A stretch of DNA of 64,000 nt from Sarea resinae (Eukaryota). Numbering within the stretch: position 1 is the stretch's first letter; each line of letters opens with the position of its first letter. Under the pieces are notes generated by a model that made no database searches, was not told the origin of the DNA, and worked only from the letters and a program-made list of their open reading frames with translations. The position numbers and the translations under genes are program-made. The DNA lies in NCBI GenBank assembly GCA_026026165.1, contig JAPEUD010000001.1, forward strand, positions 496,001 through 560,000, read 5' to 3'. This document shows positions 27,759 through 39,100 of this stretch, one piece after another.

Positions 27759-28764
27759 TCAAGGCAAACCCCTTCCCTCATTAACCGCCTGTGCCACCTG
27801 GGACGTATTCGGTCTGTTCTCCGCATACCGCTCATAGGAATCCAGATAGAGGTCGTCAGAACTGGTTGTCGCCTTGACATGTTCATCCTCATCGACCGCA
27901 AGCAGCCACCTGGCCCAGCGCGTACCGGGCTCCGCATCCGGCCATCCTCGGTAAGGTTTGAGCACGCGCGACAATCGTAACATCCACGGCGCGAATTGGA
28001 TGTCCACAAAGGAGATGGTCAGGCCGAGGAAGAAGGGGCCGGTGGGATGGGCGGCGTCTACGAGAGTAGTGATTGCGTTTTTAAGGTCCGAGGCGTACGA
28101 CGCCTGTTTGGGAGCATCTTGGGCTTGGAGAGTGCGGTAGAATAGGGGGATGATGTTGCGATTGATCTTGAGAGTGGTGTTAGTGAGGAAATGGAAAAGG
28201 AAAGGAGGGCACGTACGTGGTCGGACCAGAGACGGCTGTGAGCGCGAAGTTGGGGATCATTGGGAGGGAGAAGCGGCTGGCCTGTCTTGAGATCCTCAAG
28301 CTGCATGTGAAAAACCTTGTCAGGGGCATTCTTTTTTTTTCTTTTGTCCCAGGACGACATACATATTCCATCAGCACGCTGCTCTCGTAGCAGCCCCAGT
28401 TCCCATGGCGCAGCGCTGGGACCAACCCGCGGGGATTGACCTCCAGTAAAGATTCGGGCTTTTTGTATGGATCGACTTCGATGTATTGGTATTGCAGGCC
28501 TTTAACCTCGAGCGAGATCCAGACGCGCTGCACAAAGGGGCTATATCAGAGTACGACAAGGGTCAGCGATAAGATAAGATGAATAGATAGACGGGTTGAC
28601 GTCATAGTCAACCGAAGATGACGGGGTCATGCTACCACTCACCAGAAACAGCTTCCGAAGAGTTTCAACTCATGCTCTCTCGAGTGCTTCTTGACCGTGC
28701 CCAGAGCATTGCCTGTCGCTTTCTTGTGATAGGTTTTCTGCTCGCGATTTTCATCGTTAGACAT
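27759..28764 (-). CDS. Glutathione S-transferase, omega-like (CPF active site); about 263 aa from ATG 28764, or 316 aa with presequence from ATG 28923
   Basis: Exons 28764-28643, 28540-28363, 28300-28217, 28166-27759: LKLFGSCFCPFVQRVWISLEVKG, VNPRGLVPAL, YESSVLMEYLED, GPFFLGLTISFVDIQFAPW. Confidence 0.92.
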
Positions 28765-29183
28765 GGTGGCTAGAGAGCGTTTGCTGGCGGCACAAGATGG
28801 GATGGAGATGAAAGAACGATGGCAGTGAGCAATTGTAATATGAGAAGAAGGATGACGATAGTGAAGTGGGTTGGCAAACAGCTGGCTGCGACGAATTTGA
28901 GCGAGAATTGAGAATGCGCCCATGAGAGGAAGAGGAGATGAATGAAGCAAGAATGTGTCAGGTGCGAAAGGTAGAGCTGACGCAATCAATAGCGTTCAGA
29001 TCTATGTAGAGAGATCGACAAAATGTGCTGCCCGCCCGTGCACATCGATGATGCGTAACAGATCATGGATGGCAACAATAATCGCAAGGGCTCGACAGAT
29101 GCCGTGTGGCTGTGGACACTGAAGCAGCGAGCGATCGTCTCGCTTATGCACCATACTAAAATCATTGAGCTTGCCGTTCTTAC

Positions 29184-30357
29184 CTGCGCCTTCTTCTTCT
29201 CCTTGTCCTCCTTCAGCATGGAGCGCATCACGCTGTTCTTCTTCACCCTGTCGCTGTCTTCGAGCGTGTGTTTGTGAGGCCCTGCTATCCCATCGCCTTT
29301 CCCATTACCCCCGTTTCCATTCACCCGTTGGATTGTGTAAAACCTCCCCCCTTGAGATCCTGGAGGGGGTGCTGGAATCCCATCACTGGAAGTCGGTGGA
29401 AGCATAGGGTGTGATTGATGCTGCTGTTGCAGTGAGGGCCCCCCTGGCTGCCCAGGCGCAAAGAAATTGCTGGAGGTCGCTGCATTAACATGAATCGAAG
29501 GAGAGGACGGAGCGGGATTAGGAAACGACTGCCCCATCCCTTCCGAGGGGAAATACTCGGTGATCTTGATCTTGACATCACACAGATCTCTTGGACGAGC
29601 GGTACGCCTTCGTTTCTTCTTATTGGGGTCGTCCGACTTCGGAGTTCCTGGGGGGCGCCCTTTCAGACGGCAATCCCAGTAATGCGAAACGAAAGGTTTA
29701 CGCTTGTAGCGCTGTGTAGAACGGTGCGAATATATATTGTCGACGTGTGGGAAGTATATCTGGAACCTTTGGCCTCTCAGTCAGAAAAGCACACTACCGC
29801 GACAATCTGTGCGCGTACTCATCTTCCGTCAAGGTGATCATTTCATTGACGTCGAACAGCTTTTGCCTCCAGTCCTCCAAGTTGGGTGGATCTGGAACCA
29901 TTTTCATGTTCTGGAAATGCCCCTCCCCCTTAGCCCCAGTCTGCTCTGGTGTTTGAAACGGATTTGCATCCTGCTGTAGCCTGCCTACGGTTGCATGTTG
30001 TATAGCGTTACGCGCGGCGAGGCCTGACTCTGGCGTCAGAACTCCAAATTGTCCTCCAGCATGCTCAGCATGCTGCTGTTGCCGAGGCGTTTGTAAAGCT
30101 GCGTTGGATGGTGAAGGGTGTAGATGGCGGTTTGGATCGAAGGCGTTGACTGGTTGAAGATGCTGCTGTCCGTGAGACGGGCCATTGAGTTCGGCCTGCA
30201 GCCGCCGCTGGAAATTCTCGGTATTGTCAAGTCCAGACAAATTCGAGGCAAGCTGCGCGGCGAGAGCGCCTTGTTGCGCTTGGGGACGGTGGTGAAGGGC
30301 TTGGAGTGCAGCAGGCTGCAAGTCTCGCAAAGCCGGAGGATATTCCGGGTCATTCAT
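29184..30357 (-). CDS. Q-rich nuclear protein with a putative WRKY-GCM1/AFT-like Zn-binding DNA-binding domain; likely spliced in frame to the downstream GST (about 628-aa fusion, 27759-30357)
   Basis: Exons 30357-29819 and 29766-29184 join in frame (intron 29767-29818): ...LTEDEFQIYFPHVDNIYSHRSTQRYKRKPFVSHYWDCRLKG...NKKKRRRTARPRDLCDVKIKITEY...RFYTIQRV...GPHKHTLEDSDRVKKNS...KKKAQ|GTAAGA. Confidence 0.8.
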
Positions 30358-31023
30358 ACCGACGGTAAATATGGACTCGAAGGGAAGATGAAAGCTGCAC
30401 CGGAAGCGATAAGATCAACACGAAGATAGCTCCAGAAGTAGACTAGCCGGTGTCTCTTTGATCAGCGGAACGGAAGATGCCACATTCAATCCAGCGGCGC
30501 AGCGGCGGGGTGGTGCGTCGTTGAAGCGGCGTGAGGTGCAACGGAGAAAAGCAGCGACGCGACGTTCTTTGATTTGGGAGTAGGGCGGTCGCTGCTAGGT
30601 CTGCTGGGGAGATGACATACTCCGAGTACGCTGTACGAAGTACGAAGTAGTACTCTAGAGTATCACTCGGAGAGCACGAGGTAGGGCAAGCGATTCGGCT
30701 GTTTTGCGGGAGAACTTCACGACCATTCACCTCAAGATGGATGTACTTTGCCTGTTGCATCCATCACCGTTATGCCATTGTTCCATCGAGTCAGCAAATA
30801 CATAAAGGTAAGGTAGTCAAGAGCACGTAGTGGATCGATCATCGACTTCATGATGCACTGTAGATCATATCTTTTCATTCCCATCAATGAGCTACATGCC
30901 CGACACGGATCCCTTTGACAACGCCGAAATGTCTGCCCAATGTCCGACGACAGCGACTTCTGCAGATTCCATGCGACAGAAGAAATGCAGAAGATGAAAG
31001 AACCGAACCAAACCACATCAAAA

Positions 31024-32303
31024 TCACTGCTGCGACTCTCCCGGAAGCAGATTGCTCCTCACGGCAAACATCTTGGCGCTGACGCTAGCCGTGAAGCCGT
31101 CCACCTGTCTGGCATACTGCTCCACCTGTCGCGAGTTCAGGAGCACTTCCAGTCGGCTTGGCTCTTGTGGGAGCTTGAAGAGCCTTGTGTACTCGTCCTC
31201 GGGCAAAGGTGTCTGCTTCGCCGCAACTCGAGCCGCATTCTCGGCCTTTCGCTTCTGTTGCCACGCCGTAATCTTCGCCTGCTCTCGTCCTAGCTGACGC
31301 TGGTAGTATTGATGGTTGTTGAGCTCGGTGTGGTGTGTCTCGATGCTGTCCAAGAGGAGGTCGCAAGTCTTCTCGAGATAAGGGTCAATGGAAAGATCGA
31401 GAGAATCGAAGTTCGGGCACAGAGGTGCCTCTGATGTATTTGGATTATCGGTCAGAGCAGCCAGGCTGGATGGGAGGTCAAGCTCTTCTGTTTGGGGCTT
31501 GGAAGGTATTTGATGGAGGAAGGAAGTAAGGAGATGCGAGTTATGGACGATCAAAGGAAGCTCGACAAGGATGTCCTGGTATCTCAGATTGCTCTTTTGC
31601 AAGCTAGACAGTATATATTAGTCTTTACTCAACTCCTGACTCCTATCGACTCTGGATATACCTCTCGGTTGTGAATTTGCCTTCCTTGTACGCGGCCATG
31701 AACGCAGGGGACAATCTGAAAGCCCTCAGACTCAAGCTGCCTTGCGAACTGCGGCTGACATCATGCACAATCGCTACGGTCCTCTCATTCATCTCCTTCT
31801 GATAGTAGTATTGGTTCTCGATGAAGTTGGAGGTGACGAAGTTTCCCATGTTGGCACTGGTGTACCATCCAACATTGTTCGCGTCCACGTTGACTTCCCT
31901 CAGATGTTTGATCATCTCATTCTGATAGACTGCGTTGGATTTCGCCCTGGGCGCAGCAGCAGCCAGGTTCGAAGCGGCGTTGGATTCATGGTGGAGATCC
32001 GTGGAGGGTACATCGACCACGGGGAAAGGGAAGCAGTTGGTGACTTGGAGGGTGCCGTTAACGTCCATGCCCACTGTGGAGCCAGTCGCAATGGTTGGGA
32101 AGGTTTGCGAGCAGTGTTTGATGATTTTCATCACCACCTGGAGGCCCGGTTAGGTTTCTAAAAGCCCCATAGCGTCGAAGACTGATTTCTTGCATACCAA
32201 AGCCTCTACCTGCACTCCCCTCAGGGGAGAATCCTTGCTGCGAGAGGTCAGTTTTCGCTCGTCGAAGAACATCAAACCCGACTTACAATACGGTGTCCGC
32301 CAT
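31024..32303 (-). CDS. eIF3h: Eukaryotic translation initiation factor 3 subunit H (MPN domain); multi-exon
   Basis: [81 protein letters not shown]. Confidence 0.93.
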
Positions 32304-32734
32304 GTTGGGTCAAAGAGGGCGTTCGTTCGTGGTGGAGAGCGGCCGTGATGATCAAAAGCTGAGTGCGATGGTGATTTTCTTGGGGCGCAAATGCGAGCGA
32401 AATGCGAAAGGGTACGAGGGTACCAGCCCCACTAGCGAGTATCGCCAATCTCGAGGACCGAGGGCTCGCTACTGTGTAGACTGGAGGTCTTTTCAAAGGC
32501 AAAGAGCGAGAAAGACCCGGCGATGAAGGAATGCTGAATGCTGACATGCAGCAAAGCAATCGATGCGCTTCTTAATATTTCTTTAGTTTTGAATCATTGC
32601 CACAGTATCCAAAATCAATTGATGCATCATTTCTCAGCTTTGGTATGACAGCCTGAGAAGCACTCGATACATTTATTCTAAGCGTCAGATTTGTCGCTTT
32701 CACCATCGGTACGAGTAATTCGACAACAGGCATT

Positions 32735-33667
32735 ATGTCTTCGCCAGATCCACCACTCCCGACCTGTCTCGACATAGCATACTCTGTAGAAAGCTTGGTC
32801 CAAAACGTCGCCGTTTGTATTCCCCATCCTCTCGAAGATGGCGATTATCAGAGCAGAATCTGGATCATGTAAGTTCTGTTCCCAAAGTGGCAGGGCCTCA
32901 CTAATCTCACTCACAGATACATCCATGGAGGGGCATGGAGAGATCCAGAAATTCTTGCAGACTCGTTCAATCCAACCCTTTTGCAATTAATGCATCATCC
33001 AATAAAGTCTCGAGTAGCGGGTTTTGCGTCCATCAACTACCGACTTTCGCCGTTCCCGTCACATCCAAGAAATCCCAGCATGCCCGAGAATCCAGCACGC
33101 AACGCACGTCATCCGGACCATATAGAGGACGTACTGACTGCCGTGTGCGCTCTTCAGCAGAGATACGGATTTGGTGAACGATATCTCCTTGTTGGGCATA
33201 GCTGTGGAGCGACCCTTGCCTTCCAGGCCGCAATGAACAAGTGGGAAGGGGATAACGGAGCAGAGGTCATTCTGCCTTGTGGGATTGTTGGTGTGGAGGG
33301 CATTTATGACCTGCCAACTTTCCGGGATACGCACAGAGACATGCCAGTCTATGAAGAGATTATTCAAAACGCATTTGGCAAAGACGAGAGGCTCTGGCAT
33401 GAAGTCTCTCCGGTTTCTTGCAATTACGCAACTTCATGGCCAAACGCGCAATTGACTCTACTCGCTCAGTCCAAAGATGATGAGCTAGTCGATGAAGTCC
33501 AGCGAACGCGAATGACAGCAGCCTTGGAGGCAGCGTCCAGCAACCCCAGTACAGGGGCCAAACGGAAAGATATACTACTTACCCTCCGGGGCAAGCATGA
33601 TGAGATATGGGAAGAGGGAACGGAGTTAGTGCGGGTGATCTTAGAGGCCATGGATCACATTGTATGA
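32735..33667 (+). CDS. Kynurenine formamidase-like alpha/beta hydrolase (Bna7-like); 2 exons
   Basis: WII|YIHGGAWRDP, FASINYRLSP, ARHPDHIEDV, LVGHSCGATLA (GxSxG nucleophile), GIYDL, QSKDDELV, GKHDEIW. Confidence 0.85.
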
Positions 33668-34399
33668 TGTGCTGTTTGGGGGCTCTGGTGTCATTTATAG
33701 GGATGTATGGTACAGAGGAGTTTGATCATCAAGGTGGACTATCCAAGCATCATAATATATTAATTGTACATAATGGTAAAGGACAGGGCGAAAAGAGAGA
33801 TCTGAAATCCATACCTGAGCAGCACTGACCTGCAATGATGACCACCAGCTCAAGTTTCTACCTGGTCTGGCCTTCTCTGTTTGAAAGTGATCGTCAGTCA
33901 GGGTCTGGATCTTCTGTCCGTACAAGTATTGTTGCTAGTGCAATAGGATCCATTCGTATTAGCCATGGAAGAGCCCATTTCTATTCGAGCGTCTGCTGTT
34001 CTCACTGGCTCCACTGGATAAGCCTACATGCAGCGCTTGTGGACTTGGATTAGTATCGCAGTGTCCGGGACACAGATGCCCTTTGTGCTTGCGACCGCCG
34101 GAGACGCCCCAGGACAAGCGATAAAGCGATGTGGAGGACGAAAGGACGATATCGGGCACCTGGGCACCTGGGCACCTCGTCTCAAGCAAAACTCCACCTT
34201 TCTTGGTAATAAAGTCCGCGCCAGGGCATTCGGATCCTACCACGACTACTAACGACTCCTTGCTACTACTTCGACTTACTGCCCGTGCTCATATATAACT
34301 TTGCATATCATCATACCTCAAGAGTGACTTCCTGTTGACTCACCACCACCCTGTGAAGGACAGCCGGCACATTTCCCCAATTGATTTGATACTTCTTCC

Positions 34400-36108
34400 A
34401 TGCATCTGCTTCCTTCAACCTCACATCTCTCTCATATTCCCCGGACGTTTGCTCGATTCCCCGTGACGCCTGCTCGCGTGCTTTCTGCAACGGTATCAGC
34501 TCCAGCTTTGTCTCGGCGTTCCTACCACTGTGGGGCAGTAGCGGGGCGCAATCTGTGCACGGGCAGAACATCATCATCACTACTGACCTCACACGGACTC
34601 TACAAACGGGCTTCAACTACACCAGCCATCAAATCAGCCTTCTCTACCACTCTTTCACGTCCATTGTGCTCTACTTCCAGCATGGCATCACAAAAACCCA
34701 AGGTCATGCTTTTGGGCAAAATTGACCAGTGAGCAACCTTACCCAATTCCTGCCCTTCCATTTTCGGGCACAAATGCCCCACATGTACCGCAACCGATAA
34801 CGGCGCCGTGATATGTATCCCACACGGGCCTTGTTTTGACTGTTTTGCAGCGCAAAAGACACATGGCAGTCACTCGGCGACATTGCCGAATTGATTGAAC
34901 CCAAAGCGACAAACCGTGAAGAATTCATTCAAGAGGCCAAGAATGGCGGATTGGATGGAGTTGTTGCGACCTATCGGACGTTTGCATCCTTTAGCATTAC
35001 GGGCATGTTCGATGAGGAGTTGATCAATGTCCTGCCAAAGTCGTTGAAAACTATCTGTCACAATGGTACGAACAGAGTACATTTAAAACATGATTCTCAC
35101 GTTTATCTGAATATTTGCTTGGTTTCTACTTTCAATTTTTTCATACTTTTTATCAAGTCTGCTAGCCTACAATTTCTGTCTTTAACGTTCTCCTGCTGGG
35201 GCACATTTGTAGCTCCCATGCGACATACCTTGGTGGCTTATTGTCTTCAACGTTGACTGACCTGCCTACCTTAGGCGCCGGCTATGACCAGATCAATGTG
35301 CACGCCTGCACAGAAAAAGGGATCCGCGTCTCGAACGTTCCTACAGCAGTCAACGATGCCACAGCCGACACCAACATGTTCCTAATCCTAGGCGCGCTGC
35401 GTGGTTTCAATGTGAGCATGATGAACCTCCGCGCCGGCACATGGCGTGGTCAACCCCCGCCACCCCTTGGCCATGACCCTGAGGGCAAGATCCTGGGTAT
35501 CCTGGGTATGGGAGGCATTGGTAGGAACCTCAAGAAGAAAGCCGAAGCCTTCGGCATGAAGGTGCAGTACCACAATCGCAAGCGCCTATCGGACGAATTG
35601 TCGGACGGGGCCAAGTATGTCAGCTTCGACGAGTTACTCGCTACCTCGGATGTGCTAAGTCTGAATCTGCCGTTGAACGTAAGATATACAAATTTTGTTC
35701 TTTCCCCACATCTCTCGTATTTCTTTCCTGAACCACCTCAGTCAACTTACATGTGACCAGAAAAACACCCATCACATCATCTCCACCGCCGAATTTAAAG
35801 CCATGAAGCCGGGCTCCATAGTAATCAACACCGCCCGCGGGGCCGTCATTGACGAAGCCGCACTCGTTGCCGCGCTCGACTCTGGACACATCGCTTCGTG
35901 TGGTCTGGATGTCTACGAAGACGAGCCAACGATCCACCCAGGATTGGTGAAGAATCCGCATGTGATGCTTGTGCCACATATGGGGACTTGGACGTATGAG
36001 ACGCAGACGGAAATGGAGCAATGGAATATTGGCAATGTGAGACTTGCTGTTGAGGGGAAGAAACTCAAGAGCCCTGTGCCGGAGCAGGAGGGTATACTTG
36101 GCAATTAG
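34400..36108 (+). CDS. D-2-hydroxyacid dehydrogenase / glyoxylate reductase (Gor1-like); multi-exon; alternative start ATG 34682
   Basis: ICHN|GAGYDQI, VSNVPTAVNDATAD, LGILGMGGIG, YHNRKRL, INTARGAVIDEAAL, GLDVYEDEP, LVPHMGTWT. Confidence 0.92.
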
Positions 36109-39100
36109 GATCTGGGTGAATAGGCTTTGAGATGCGTGAATTCGGGATAGAGGAATCGGGTGAATTGGCAATGCAGACATTGCTAGAATACATCTTTCAA
36201 GGGATCTCTCCGAGGAAACGGCCAAGCGCCTAGATAGATAGAGATTAGTCCTGGTTAGCTAGCTATATGAACGTGGCAGCAGCAATGACAAAGGCGCCTA
36301 CTATGAGAGCCTGTGTGATGCTTAGACAGCGTGTAGGACAGTAGCATGGGTGAGACACGGCAAGTACAATTATCAAGGTGTGGCTTAGTCTTATCTACCA
36401 TTGAATAGATTTCTGAGTTCAATTCTCGATTTATATTCAATCTACTGTTCTAACGGGAATCATAACTACAGATAAAAACACCTGACACACGTGTGAAATG
36501 ATGCGACTAAGTTTTTGCTTTCTCTCCGACATTTGAGATAGTAGTTGACAGATGAAATCCATATTTTAGGCAGCTAGATCTACCAATATACCTCATGTGC
36601 CGCTGATAGATAGTCAAGGACATGTGCACTTTGAAGCAGTAACCATCTCTAGCTGTTGACGAACCTCAAGTCCTAAATACTATTATGTCTGTTTCAGGGA
36701 TAGCTGCGTGTAGGACATCGGGCGTTTCCGATAATAATAGACAGATAGATAGACAAACGAGAATTTTAGGCGGGGGATTGTCGTTGACAGACTGTCTTCT
36801 TTTCTTCTTTCCCACCTTCTAGCTCCTCGTGCCAGCCAGGAACGCGAACACGAACACGGGATGTGATACCCGACAGGGTCGCAGAGACGACGTTTGCTGT
36901 TGCACAGTAAGGGGAGGGATGGGGTGGTGCAAATGCAAGTCAGAAGTTTTGCATTTTGCATCTTGATACAGCATTACCGTGATACCAAAAAGCAACGGAG
37001 ACATTGATATCATAGATGAAGCATCCATGGAGGTGCAATGTGCCTCTGCTTCGGACTTTCTTTCGAGCAACTCAACGCATTGCAGCCCCAACATCTCCGA
37101 CTAGAGAGGGGTATAGATGCCTTGGCTCAGGCCCAACGGTCATCACTAGGTACCTGCCTACCTTGGTAGACATCGCAGGTGTCTGCCTGATTTACTGAAG
37201 CCTTTCCATTCCTTCTCACTTCTCACTTCTGCGTACCACTGCAGGTACTATAATAGGTACCATAAAACAACTCTCGATAAGACGTGTCAGGTCGAGGTCA
37301 GGTTCAATGTCCATCAGGGCCTGAGGATCTCACTCTGCTCCGTAAAGGCCAGATACAATAGGCCTACATCCTAGCAGCGACGATTTGTATATGTCTGCAA
37401 TGTCATTTACCCCCCTCTCAGCCGTGAAAGCCATACCGGCGGATATATGCACTCGCGTGAGGTGTATCTAAGGATCCGGGTTCGTGTGCTGGGCTACTCG
37501 CTGACACTTTCAAGATGATAACCTGAATTCTGAGAACTTCCTTGCCCGAGCACGTGACGCAGTACGTCCAGTAATTCTCTTACGACCTTTTCTACCTACC
37601 TAGTAGGTAGGCACTTACCTTGTTCTAATCGTACATAGTAGGCAGTAGATACCTTGCTAGCCTAGTTCTCTCTTCTTCCTCTCCTCTATTGCTAGTCCGC
37701 GGGCTCTCGATTCTAAAGGAAGGTGAGGAGAGCAGGTGTCGCCAGTAGCAGTACCACCCTCATGGGTGCATAAGGCGATGTGGAGATTGATAGGTGTGGC
37801 GAGGATGAGGTAGTTAAGGATTTCCAATCTGACAGCGACGAGAGGAGGTAGCCCTGAAATGGACGTCGACAGCGTCATTTCTGAGCCAGGGCCGAGGGCC
37901 CCCAAGATGTTCGTACCTCCCTAGACAGTGCTGCGTAGAGTGAAGCAATTGATCCATATCATGAGAGAAAGACGCCGACACTCAAACACGGTGCGACTCG
38001 ACCTTCATCCTTCTTATATCCAACCATCAGCAGTCAGTGCCCGTCTTACTTCCCGCGTACGATTAGCGGCACCGAACACAGGCGTCTCCATCTTCCGGGC
38101 TCTCTTGAGCCTACCTTACCTAAGCGACTTCTTCCACAAGTTCCATAACCTTACTGGATCTGGTCGGATAGGCTCTGCCCGCTCCGACGCAGGTCAGCTC
38201 CAGCGGAGTACGAAGTAATAGTACCGCGGGATTCGTACCCCCCGGCTCCGTACGCCGTGCTCCTCGAGCTCCTCGTACCTCCCTCCACCAGCACTGCGCG
38301 CGGTGCCATACAAGGCACCAAGTACTCCGAGTACTCCACCTTAAGCTCGAGACCACCCCCCTTCTCTTGTTCTTCGTCGGTCTCCCGTCATACTCTACAC
38401 CGTACACACGCGAAGGAACCGTCCCGTCAAGTAGGGTATTCAGGCCAGCCTTGAGGCCTATCCCGCATTCCTCCACTGTCGGGCTGTCTTCGCTCGCTTC
38501 GAGCCAGCCAACGCTCGTCGGCAAATCAAACGCGTTGATATCAAGAGACCTCACTGAGGCCTACAATCGGGCGTGTCTAGCAAGTAGGTACGTCAGGGAC
38601 CGCTTTCTTTGCCAGCGATTGAGGCATGCGACCGGCTTGCTGGGTGCATCTTCCTTTTCAGCCCCCATACATGATGCATTTCTCTCAGCGCGCTTCTCTG
38701 CTCTGTACGGGTACTGGAGGCCTCAATTGCCTCGTCTGCCTGTGTTGTGCTTATTGTTCTGATGCCTCGGCGGATGTTACGCTGTTGCTTCCTCTCCAAT
38801 GATACTGTGTCCTTGCCCGTCTGCCGCTTCATGGGATTATCCTATGAGCGACGAGATCATACGTTCAATTTCCCCCATCGGCGTCATAGCACCGCCACGG
38901 CAGCACGACCAGTCTCAAGGGCGCGCGGTGAGAGGCGCCAAGAAGGGGGGACCTTCTCAGTCTGGCTAAAGCGTCGTTGCCGAGTAAAGGCCGCCGCCGG
39001 CCCTCCATCTCAGCGGCATGTCATTTCATGTTTCATTTCATGTCATTTCAATTGCACGCACCTTGCATTATTCTTCCCACCTCGATGATGACCCTCCGCC

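Noticed and set aside
36110..36760. AT- and TpA-richer patch suggesting a RIP-degraded repeat
   Set aside because: Mild and short, CpA/TpG still frequent, no second copy visible; RIP indices could not be computed.
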